Positions 56,497 through 64,000 of a stretch of DNA of 64,000 nucleotides are shown in pieces. The DNA is taken from positions 54,061 to 118,060 of the IMG/VR virus record IMGVR_UViG_3300037280_000066, one strand, 5' to 3'. The first letter of the stretch is position 1, and every line of letters starts with the position of its first letter. The notes under the pieces are model-generated. The model did not search any database. It was not told where the DNA came from and saw nothing but the letters and a program-made list of their open reading frames with translations. The DNA comes from a virus. Its lineage: Duplodnaviria; Heunggongvirae; Uroviricota; Caudoviricetes. The translations under genes were made by a program, and so were the position numbers.

Positions 56497-58974
56497 TTAT
56501 GGTGCTACATATCCTACTGCATTAAAGTACACTGCTCCTGTAGTTGATGCTGTTAATGTTTGAATAGATTGTGCTGTAGCAGGTGAACCTCTTAATGGAC
56601 TTGGGAATTCTATATCTCCTACAGATAATCCACTAGTAGATATTTTCATTCTCCATAACACTCTATGAAGTGTTGCTGTAACACCTGTACCAGAAATAGT
56701 AAGAGTACCACCACCTCTTGTAGCTGAGAATGTTAATGTGTTTGCCGCAGGTACAGTTAATACATAAACAGTTGTTCCTGCTGTCAATCCAGTTACAGTT
56801 GATGCTGTAATTTGAATTGAATCTCCAATAGATAAATTATGGTTTGCTGATGTAGTTAAAGTGTTTGAAGCAATTGTTTGTGATGAAGCTGTAACATCAG
56901 TATCTCTTAATTCTAATTCTGTTGCTGTACCTAATGCTTCTGAAATTACATTTATTCCTGTATAATAATTACGAAGACCTGCTGATGGTGCTTCTTTTAT
57001 AACTAAAGGTGTTGTTGTGTTTAATAAGCCACCTGATGGTGCAGATGCATAGAAGTCTAATTCTGGAATAGAGAATGGTTTATTAATTAACGCTCCTACA
57101 AGAGTAGTAATTAAATCTGTTGTATCATCTGATGCTACAGTACCTACATTAGAAGTTCTTGCTCTACCACCAATTCTCACAGGGTTACCTGAAACTGCTG
57201 CGTCATGAGCTGCTGTACCTGATGTGTTTGATGCTGTAATAGTACCTGAAACACCTATAGTTGGAGCTGTAGTTATTGCTACTGGTATACTGTTTTGAGT
57301 ATCTGATGAATTACCATTACCTGCATCTATATCAGCAATAATTCTTGTATATTCTAACATTCTAAAACAATGCATTCTAAAATCTGTTCTTTTTATTGCT
57401 GTTCCCCCACAGTTAATTAATCCAAAGTCTGCTCCTGTGTTATAAAGAACTAATGAAGTTGTAGAAACTGATGCAACTTTATATGCTCCTTCATATTGAG
57501 GATAAGCAACACCTGTAGTATCATATAATCCATGAAGATTAACTGCTTCTGCTACAGCAATACCTGACCATGATGCACTACCTGTTACAGTAAGTAAATT
57601 ACCAGTTCTTTGAATAGATTGAATTGCTTGACCTAATGCACCAATAGTATTATTACCATTTACTTTAATAACAGTACCACCATAACTTGTAGCTGTTGCT
57701 GATGCACCAAATGCTATAGTGAATGAAGTTGAGTTAACAATTGATACAACCTGAGTAACAGTACTTAAGTTAGCGAAGTTTGTTTGGTCACGCATACCAT
57801 ATAATTGAATCCAATCATTTACTGTTAAATTATGTGCAACATCTGTTGTAATTGTTGCTGTAGTACTTGCTGATTTTACAGCACTAACAATTCTTGCAAT
57901 AGGTTTAGTCATACCTTTTACATTCTTTGCTCTAATTCTAATTTTATAGTTTAAAGTTATATCAGGAACACATTGATTATTTTTTAGAGTTCCATTTTGT
58001 CCTGAAAATGAATCAACGTTAAAACCTCTTGTTACTAATGAGTCAACTTTATAATCCATATCATAAAAACAAGCAGTTCTTAAAGAATCACAAAATCCAG
58101 ATGCATTACCTACAACTGCTGTTGTTGTACCTAATGTTGTTAATCCTGATTCAATAAATGGACTTTTTTGTGACCTAGCAACATATCTTGCTAATGTTGA
58201 AGTTGTTCCTTCAAACACTAAAGCATGAGCATTATCAGATTGATTTAATGAATCTACAACTATAACAAATCCTCCTGCAATTAGGTTAATTGTTTGAGAT
58301 GGAATAGCTCCATATTCAGTATTTGTTACTGAAAACTGTGTTGGTGTAAAAACACTTGCAACTAATGCTTCTGTATAATTAGCTCTACTATCAGGACTTC
58401 CATAAATACAAATACGTTGTCCTGCATATAATCCATGAGCCACAGATGTATTTACTGTAAGTGTTGTTGTTGTTTGAGCCACATCTTGAATAGCAATTGC
58501 TGTTGGTACTGGCATTGTTGCTACTACTGTCCCTGTATTATCAACTCCAACCATTTCAGCTACAAATCTTTGTCCATTTAATCTTTGTGAAAGCGTTAAA
58601 GCTATTGCAAATCTTGCAGGTGATTTAACTGTAAATTTTGATTGTAGTATTGTTTCAGTATCATCATTAAAAATATCTTTACTTATTTTTTCATATCCTG
58701 CTCCTGTAGTATTTCCACCTACTTCAATAAAATCTCCTGAACCTGTTTGAATAGTATCCCAATTACGCAAATCAAGGAATCCATCAAAAATCTTATCACT
58801 AGAGTTTTTTATAAATCCACTATTTACAAAATCTGACCATACACCATTATGATATACTTCTCTACATCTTGAATCTGTGTAGTAAACTACTGCTCCTTCT
58901 TGAAGAAGCCAAGATTTATCATCTGTTGATAAACCAACATACTCTTGAAACTTTGGAACAAACTTAATTGCCAT
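56497..58974 (-). CDS. virion fibre/appendage protein, paralog 1
   Basis: Shared anchor IKF.PK...GLS.DDKS....GA..YYTD...E.YH.G.W. Three T.V.HxL..G..I modules. Confidence 0.6.
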   Translation of the reverse strand: MAIKFVPKFQEYVGLSTDDKSWLLQEGAVVYYTDSRCREVYHNGVWSDFVNSGFIKNSSDKIFDGFLDLRNWDTIQTGSGDFIEVGGNTTGAGYEKISKDIFNDDTETILQSKFTVKSPARFAIALTLSQRLNGQRFVAEMVGVDNTGTVVATMPVPTAIAIQDVAQTTTTLTVNTSVAHGLYAGQRICIYGSPDSRANYTEALVASVFTPTQFSVTNTEYGAIPSQTINLIAGGFVIVVDSLNQSDNAHALVFEGTTSTLARYVARSQKSPFIESGLTTLGTTTAVVGNASGFCDSLRTACFYDMDYKVDSLVTRGFNVDSFSGQNGTLKNNQCVPDITLNYKIRIRAKNVKGMTKPIARIVSAVKSASTTATITTDVAHNLTVNDWIQLYGMRDQTNFANLSTVTQVVSIVNSTSFTIAFGASATATSYGGTVIKVNGNNTIGALGQAIQSIQRTGNLLTVTGSASWSGIAVAEAVNLHGLYDTTGVAYPQYEGAYKVASVSTTSLVLYNTGADFGLINCGGTAIKRTDFRMHCFRMLEYTRIIADIDAGNGNSSDTQNSIPVAITTAPTIGVSGTITASNTSGTAAHDAAVSGNPVRIGGRARTSNVGTVASDDTTDLITTLVGALINKPFSIPELDFYASAPSGGLLNTTTPLVIKEAPSAGLRNYYTGINVISEALGTATELELRDTDVTASSQTIASNTLTTSANHNLSIGDSIQITASTVTGLTAGTTVYVLTVPAANTLTFSATRGGGTLTISGTGVTATLHRVLWRMKISTSGLSVGDIEFPSPLRGSPATAQSIQTLTASTTGAVYFNAVGYVAP

Positions 58975-59010
58975 GTGTGTTACCTCCCTATATTTGAATT
59001 TATATAATAT

Positions 59011-59047
59011 AATATAAAAGAGTGACTATAAAACCATAGTCACTCTT
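59011..59047 (-). terminator. intrinsic terminator closing the glycosylation/modification operon
   Basis: AAGAGTGACTAT (59018-59029) / ATAGTCACTCTT (59036-59047), U-rich tail on the - strand. Confidence 0.75.
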
Positions 59048-59059
59048 ATACTCGTTAAA

Positions 59060-59863
59060 TTATGCTTGTTGTGCTAAATAACATTGTCTACAAAGAATAT
59101 CTTGACTATCATCAAGTAAACCTGCTTGAACTTTTTTCATTTCTTCTGACTCTACAATTTCTTGCCATGATTGTGTGAATAAATTACCTAAAACATGTTG
59201 TAAACCAAAGTCTGAACAACATAGTACACACATACCATTAGGTAGAAGTAAAGCCCCTCCATCAGGATAATCAAACATAAACTTATGTCCACACTTGATA
59301 TTTCCTTTTAAACTTGAAGATTTGACTTCATCCTGAACCTCAATTTTTCCTGCCCTATCATAAATCATTGCTTTTTCACTTTGATATATAAGATGTTTAA
59401 TTTCATTATGTAAATCTCCAAAATGATGATGAAATTTATATATTCCATTTATAGGATTCTTACAAACATATTCAAGTAACTCTTTATATTGTTGAGTCAT
59501 TGGTACAGTTGTTTTACCATTATTATCTGGTAAATGTACTGAGAAATAATCAAACTGAATATGTTTAATTTGATTATATGTATCAATAGTCATACCCACA
59601 AGTGTTGTACTAAATAAAATTCTATGACCTTTACTTTTAGCATACCAAACCATTTCAACCCAATCAGGATTAATACAAGGTTCTGAAAATCCTGCAAAAG
59701 ATATTGTGCTGTCAATTGGCATTTTATCAATAACTAATTTAAAATTATCTAATGATAATTGTTTTACTGATGATTGATATTGTTTTTTTATAAGATACTG
59801 TGGACAATACTTACAATTAAGAACACATGTTGCCATAGTTCCAACTTCTAAAAATGCTGACAT
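59060..59863 (-). CDS. radical SAM protein with SPASM/twitch-like C-terminus
   Basis: CVLNCKYC (CxxxCxxC), FAGFSEP, STTL, C-terminal CGH...CVLCCSDF...LGNL...CRQC. Confidence 0.88.
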   Translation of the reverse strand: MSAFLEVGTMATCVLNCKYCPQYLIKKQYQSSVKQLSLDNFKLVIDKMPIDSTISFAGFSEPCINPDWVEMVWYAKSKGHRILFSTTLVGMTIDTYNQIKHIQFDYFSVHLPDNNGKTTVPMTQQYKELLEYVCKNPINGIYKFHHHFGDLHNEIKHLIYQSEKAMIYDRAGKIEVQDEVKSSSLKGNIKCGHKFMFDYPDGGALLLPNGMCVLCCSDFGLQHVLGNLFTQSWQEIVESEEMKKVQAGLLDDSQDILCRQCYLAQQA

Positions 59864-59874
59864 TCAATTTCCTC

Positions 59875-60516
59875 CTATACGTTATTTAATGTGCGATACA
59901 TGAAGTCTTGGCTCTTAGTAATTTTAATATCTCCCTGTCTTAATTCTGGTGATATTACTATTAAAGCCAATCCTCCCATCGTCATATTTTGACTTATTAA
60001 ATCTCCTGCACAAAAATCTGTGTCTATGAAGTGTACATGAGGACAGATATTCCAATCAAAATCACATATTGCTTTTCTTGAAGGAGTATACCAAGAATCA
60101 TGTATAAGTATAATCATATCTTTTTTAGGTTTTAATTTTGATATACTTTGAATGTCTGTGTAAACACCATTATACTCATGGTCTGCATCTATAATAACAA
60201 GACCAATTTCTTCACTACCATTGTTAATATTTTCTACAAGGATAGGTACAGTAAGTGCTGAATTACCTAATATAAATTCCACATTAGTGAATTGTTCAAT
60301 ATTAACAATGCAAGAATGAGTTACATCACAAGAGTAAACTTTTTTGAAGTGTTGAGATAAAGACCTCAATGAACCTCCACAAAAAGAACCTATTTCAATT
60401 GCACTGTTTTTTTTATCAATCTTACTTAAGACTTGTTGTAAAATTGTTCTTTCAGCAGGTGACATTTGCCACAATACTGAACCATCATATATCTTTTCTA
60501 CATCTTTAATATTCAT
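59875..60516 (-). CDS. class I SAM-dependent methyltransferase (Methyltransf_24-like)
   Basis: IEIGSFCGGS, GNS, IIDADHEY..V..DI, LIHDS. Confidence 0.85.
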   Translation of the reverse strand: MNIKDVEKIYDGSVLWQMSPAERTILQQVLSKIDKKNSAIEIGSFCGGSLRSLSQHFKKVYSCDVTHSCIVNIEQFTNVEFILGNSALTVPILVENINNGSEEIGLVIIDADHEYNGVYTDIQSISKLKPKKDMIILIHDSWYTPSRKAICDFDWNICPHVHFIDTDFCAGDLISQNMTMGGLALIVISPELRQGDIKITKSQDFMYRTLNNV

Positions 60517-61922
60517 TATTCTTTCTCCTTTCTACCAAGCCAAGACCCTGCAAAATGATGTATTGTGTAGGTGCTAGGTGTAGGAGTTGCTACAAGTTTT
60601 GAATGGTCATAAGGACAAAATACTTCTGTTGGATAGATTACCACAGATTCTCTTAAGAATGTAAATCCATCACCTTGACCAACAATCCAAGGAAATGATA
60701 ACCTTGTTATTGTATGAGTATTAGGTATTGGATTAGCTTCTAGTTTTGCTGTGTCATAATAAGCTAACAACATCTTAATCCATGGGTGACCAATCTCTGC
60801 TCCCATAGTAGCAGTAATCAAGAATTTATCTGCTTCATGCCCTGTAAACGCTCTATGATTTAGGAATTCATCTAAGTTTTTAACAACTTCAACATCTGAA
60901 TCCATATAAATACCACCATAGGTATACAAAGCCCATAAACGCACAAAGTCTGTTACGAATGCCCATTTCTTTTTATCATAAGCTTCCTTAACATATGCAC
61001 AACAATTGATATCAAAATTAGTTTCATTCCATTCTATTATTTCGTAGTCTGGTAAATACTTAGTCCAACTGTCAAGGCATTTTTGAATCTTAGCAGGTTT
61101 CTCTGCTCCACCAAACCAACAGTAGTGAATAGTTTTAGGTATATGTTGCATCATTAATGATTTCTTTAAATCATAAATTGTTTGCCATCTATTCCATATT
61201 TCATAGAATGGAACTTGTTTAGTATTCCAAGGTTTAGCACCTGCGTAGTGCATAATCTTAATATTCTCAACTTTGATTTCTAAAGATGTTGATAATGATG
61301 TGTTGTATTTATAGTGCATTTTCTTAATTTTTTCATTACATGTTATGTTAAAAATGTCTTGGTCATGGCAGTCATAGAATTTTGTGTTTGCCATGTTAAT
61401 CCATGTGTCACATAAGTTTAACTTTCTGATTGCATCTAAGTTAATTAAGGTTACCCCTGCATTAATATAGTAAGCATCTTCTGGTATACCTAAATTAGTT
61501 TTGTAACCTTGTGGTAATCCAGTATCTTCTACTCCTGCAAGTAAGTATCCTTCCATCTCTGTATTATAGAAGTGAGATATATCACTAGCAACTATAGCAT
61601 CTGCATCAATATATAAAACCCTATCATCATTAATGATGTTTGGTAGAAATAAACGATATAGAGTGTATTTACTAAATCTAGTATCTACGTTAATGCCACT
61701 AGGCATATATTCTTCATACATTTTTAAAAGATTGATATACTCATAAGTATAATCTTCTCCACACATTGCACAGACAGTATCAAATTCATCTAAATGACTT
61801 TGTTCTAGGTTGTCTGATAACAAATAAACTTTCGTTGGCACTTTATTTTTAACAAATAAAGCATACATTTCTACTGCTACATAAGTTGACCAATTGGCAC
61901 TAAATGCTATAGCTACATTCAT
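60516..61922 (-). CDS. glycosyltransferase fusion: N-terminal GT8 + C-terminal GT32 (DxD)
   Basis: GT8: YRLFLP, LYIDAD, YINAGV, HDQD, HYAGAKPW. GT32: IPKTIHYCWFGG, WAFVTDFVRL, GGIYMDSDV, HHFAGSW. Confidence 0.9.
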   Translation of the reverse strand: MNVAIAFSANWSTYVAVEMYALFVKNKVPTKVYLLSDNLEQSHLDEFDTVCAMCGEDYTYEYINLLKMYEEYMPSGINVDTRFSKYTLYRLFLPNIINDDRVLYIDADAIVASDISHFYNTEMEGYLLAGVEDTGLPQGYKTNLGIPEDAYYINAGVTLINLDAIRKLNLCDTWINMANTKFYDCHDQDIFNITCNEKIKKMHYKYNTSLSTSLEIKVENIKIMHYAGAKPWNTKQVPFYEIWNRWQTIYDLKKSLMMQHIPKTIHYCWFGGAEKPAKIQKCLDSWTKYLPDYEIIEWNETNFDINCCAYVKEAYDKKKWAFVTDFVRLWALYTYGGIYMDSDVEVVKNLDEFLNHRAFTGHEADKFLITATMGAEIGHPWIKMLLAYYDTAKLEANPIPNTHTITRLSFPWIVGQGDGFTFLRESVVIYPTEVFCPYDHSKLVATPTPSTYTIHHFAGSWLGRKEKE

Positions 61923-61955
61923 AATATTCTACCCCTTCTAATTTTCAATTTTCGA

Positions 61956-62627
61956 CTATTTTTTTACCCATACAAAGTAATCTTCTATTACATTTGCATC
62001 ATGTATACTACTATAAAATGCTTGTGTTACAATTTCATATTCAGAGAATGGTGATACTAAGAATTCAACTTGTTCATATGTAAAACACATACATGTAGCA
62101 TGGTTAATATATCCACCAATTCTATTTTCAAATTTTGGAAAATGGATACAGGCTAGACCTGTTGATTTTAATGCTTCTTTAATTTTATTCAAAATTAAAA
62201 ACTGGTCTTCTTCATTATTATGTTGTAATACTTGTAAACAATATATGAAGTCTACAGTTTCAGACCCTTGATATTCATCTCCTATTTGGTATATTGCATT
62301 TGTAATTCCTGAATTGATTAATCTTTCTTCTGCTTTTTTTAATACAGCAGGAGTAATGTCTAAGCAAGTCATATGCTTACATTCTTTAGCTGTATATTGG
62401 GCAACTCTTCCATCACCACAACCATATTCTAAAATAGAGTCAATTTTTTTATTACCAGTTCTGAATTTGTATTCTTTAATCAAACTTTCAGCATTAACTC
62501 TTCCAGTTTCATTATATAGCTCTTCTGTTTCAGTTGGTGAAAAATAGTCTCTGCTATTGCTTTTTAAGTTATTATCCTGTAAATCCCTATAAAGATTATG
62601 TGTTACACTTGAAACATACTTTTCCAT
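61956..62627 (-). CDS. class I SAM-dependent methyltransferase
   Basis: LEYGCGDGR, CLDIT, DFIYCLQVLQH. Confidence 0.85.
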   Translation of the reverse strand: MEKYVSSVTHNLYRDLQDNNLKSNSRDYFSPTETEELYNETGRVNAESLIKEYKFRTGNKKIDSILEYGCGDGRVAQYTAKECKHMTCLDITPAVLKKAEERLINSGITNAIYQIGDEYQGSETVDFIYCLQVLQHNNEEDQFLILNKIKEALKSTGLACIHFPKFENRIGGYINHATCMCFTYEQVEFLVSPFSEYEIVTQAFYSSIHDANVIEDYFVWVKK

Positions 62628-62736
62628 TTTTTAAATCCACCTTTTTTCTAAAATTTGTATTTTGTTGTAACGCTGTATTCCCTTATATTATATGGTAGTG
62701 GTTTCCCATGAAAGTTTAGTTTCATCTGCTTCTGGC

Positions 62737-62768
62737 AAAAAAAACCCCCTTATCCTTTTTTAAGGGGG
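62737..62768 (-). terminator. intrinsic terminator (conditional, overlaps an alternative hairpin)
   Basis: On the - strand: CCCCCUUA-loop-UAAGGGGG followed by U8. Confidence 0.8.
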
Positions 62769-62804
62769 CTTGAGAAATTAATCCCAAACCCCCTTATCTG
62801 TTTG

Positions 62805-63177
62805 TATTGCAACCATATAGCCAAGAGGAATACCTTGAGATAATTGAATTACCCCTCATAACCTGCTTCTTGGATTTCATCGAGTCTTGCTATCCTAATT
62901 TCTAAATCCTGAAACTTCCTCGAAAGGAAGTGTAAAAAGAAATTTGTGTTCTGAAACCTGAATCCTGATGTTTGAACTTTGAACTTTCATATTGTGTCCC
63001 TTATGGACTTCTTTTAATCACTATTATATAGTGAACATATGTATTATCTGTTAAGATAATATTCTTGTTCTTCTAAAAAATAAGAATATCAAATTCTGAT
63101 TTTATTAAATCACCAGTTATATTTTTACCCAAAATATTAAGGGAATTCAAATTCAAGGTTTTCATATGATTGCAATA
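62805..63177 (-). ncRNA. putative structured non-coding RNA (~373 nt) directly after the 213-aa gene
   Basis: No ORF in the track. 14-bp end-to-end stem containing a G-U pair that works only on the - strand. Several internal hairpins including a UUCG tetraloop, and a 7-nt periodic array. Confidence 0.7.
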
Positions 63178-63187
63178 TCTTTATTAA

Positions 63188-63829
63188 TTATCCTTCAATT
63201 GTGATTCTTGTTATTACATTGCTTTCACTTAAAACGAAGTCTACCTCAGAGTTGAACTGTTCAATGCTATCTTTCAATGCCTTGATTTTCTCCCCTAATT
63301 TTAGAACATCTAACACTTCATGCTGATTCTGTTCTAAATATGGTTTGCTAATAGCTTCAACTTCATCTGCTGTTGCTTTTTGCTTTCCTTCTTTTCCAAG
63401 TGTTGTAAGTAATAATTCATCAAGCTTGATTTGTACTGCATCATTTGCTCTTTGAACAGCTACTAATGCTGATTGGTATTGTCTTTCCATATGTGAAAGA
63501 AGTAATATTTCATAAGAAATAGATTCTTTTCTTTCAATGGCTTCTGCTACTGTCATTTCTTTACCTGCAATTGTTACTTTTGAGTTTGCATTGCTTGCTA
63601 CTATTGCTGACTTGATTCTCTTTCTTCTTTCAGTCAAATCAACTACGCTTTGGTAACTTGCTTCTGCTTTTGCTGAATACTCAGCAGGTGTGTCAATGTT
63701 GTTAACTTTCTTTGCACTTTTCTTATATGAAACTATAAGACTTGCATCAGAGATTGCTCTTTCAATCCTACTATGTAGAAGTTTTAACTCTGCTAATGCT
63801 CTTTGAATTGACATTTCTGAATTTGCCAT
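63188..63829 (-). CDS. conserved-type hypothetical helical protein (213 aa), candidate partner of the downstream RNA
   Basis: RBS AAGGAG, own promoter. Internal repeat MSIQRALAELK / MTVAEAIERK, SYQSVVDL..RRKRIKSAIVASNA. Confidence 0.85.
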   Translation of the reverse strand: MANSEMSIQRALAELKLLHSRIERAISDASLIVSYKKSAKKVNNIDTPAEYSAKAEASYQSVVDLTERRKRIKSAIVASNANSKVTIAGKEMTVAEAIERKESISYEILLLSHMERQYQSALVAVQRANDAVQIKLDELLLTTLGKEGKQKATADEVEAISKPYLEQNQHEVLDVLKLGEKIKALKDSIEQFNSEVDFVLSESNVITRITIEG

Positions 63830-63887
63830 ATTACTCTCCTTTTATTCTTTAATTATTATTCTTGTATGTGTTCTTTCTTACTCTCTT

Positions 63888-63916
63888 ATCATACCACACT
63901 CTGAACAATTTGTCAA
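63888..63916 (-). promoter_or_regulatory. sigmaA promoter driving the 213-aa gene + RNA
   Basis: On the - strand: TTGACA (63916-63911), 17-nt spacer, TG-N-TATGAT (63893-63888). Confidence 0.85.
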
Positions 63917-64000
63917 GCTTTTTTAGACCCTTATAATTTCACCATTAGCAAAGGTCAATTTGCCATCCAAATACAAATCAAGAATATGTTTGTTCATCAT

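Noticed and set aside
15891-62547. Other short + strand ORFs nested in structural genes (e.g. 27326, 27980, 40291, 48887, 54533, 62314)
   Set aside because: Antisense shadows of long - strand CDSs.
62890-62987. Heptamer array as a CRISPR or TIGR-type guide array
   Set aside because: No constant repeats separated by unique spacers, and no Cas or Nop-domain protein recognised nearby.
62628-63187. tRNA or tmRNA in the non-coding region
   Set aside because: No cloverleaf, T-loop (TTCRA) or CCA arrangement found by eye.

Overview
AT-rich fragment of a large tailed-phage genome (or prophage) of a Firmicutes host, probably Clostridia-like, with an SPbeta-like layout. No CRISPR array, tRNA, rRNA or IS element was seen. 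(1) 1-15.7 kb, + strand: replication and nucleotide metabolism genes (primase C-terminus, Cas4/AddB-like PD-(D/E)XK nuclease, DnaE, RecD2 helicase, class II RNR NrdJ, ferredoxin:thioredoxin-reductase-like protein, dUTPase, small Cys-rich ORFs, macrodomain, ThyX, RusA-like resolvase), ending at a bidirectional terminator. (2) 15.8-59 kb, - strand: lysis genes, about 12 modular fibre/receptor-binding genes, Tal-like and Dit tail proteins, a 2753-aa tape measure protein with an Asn-rich insertion, a tyrosine recombinase and tail assembly genes. (3) 59-62.6 kb, - strand: a terminator-bounded operon of methyltransferase, GT8-GT32 glycosyltransferase fusion, methyltransferase and radical SAM/SPASM protein. 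(4) 62.7-63.9 kb, - strand: a sigmaA promoter, a 213-aa helical protein of unknown function, and directly after it a ~373-nt structured non-coding region. That region has a 14-bp closing stem and a 7-nt-periodic array, and is followed by mutually exclusive antiterminator/terminator hairpins upstream of the glycosylation operon. This protein + RNA + switch unit is the best candidate for an undescribed system. Product calls come from recognising motifs by eye; no database searches or folding runs were done.
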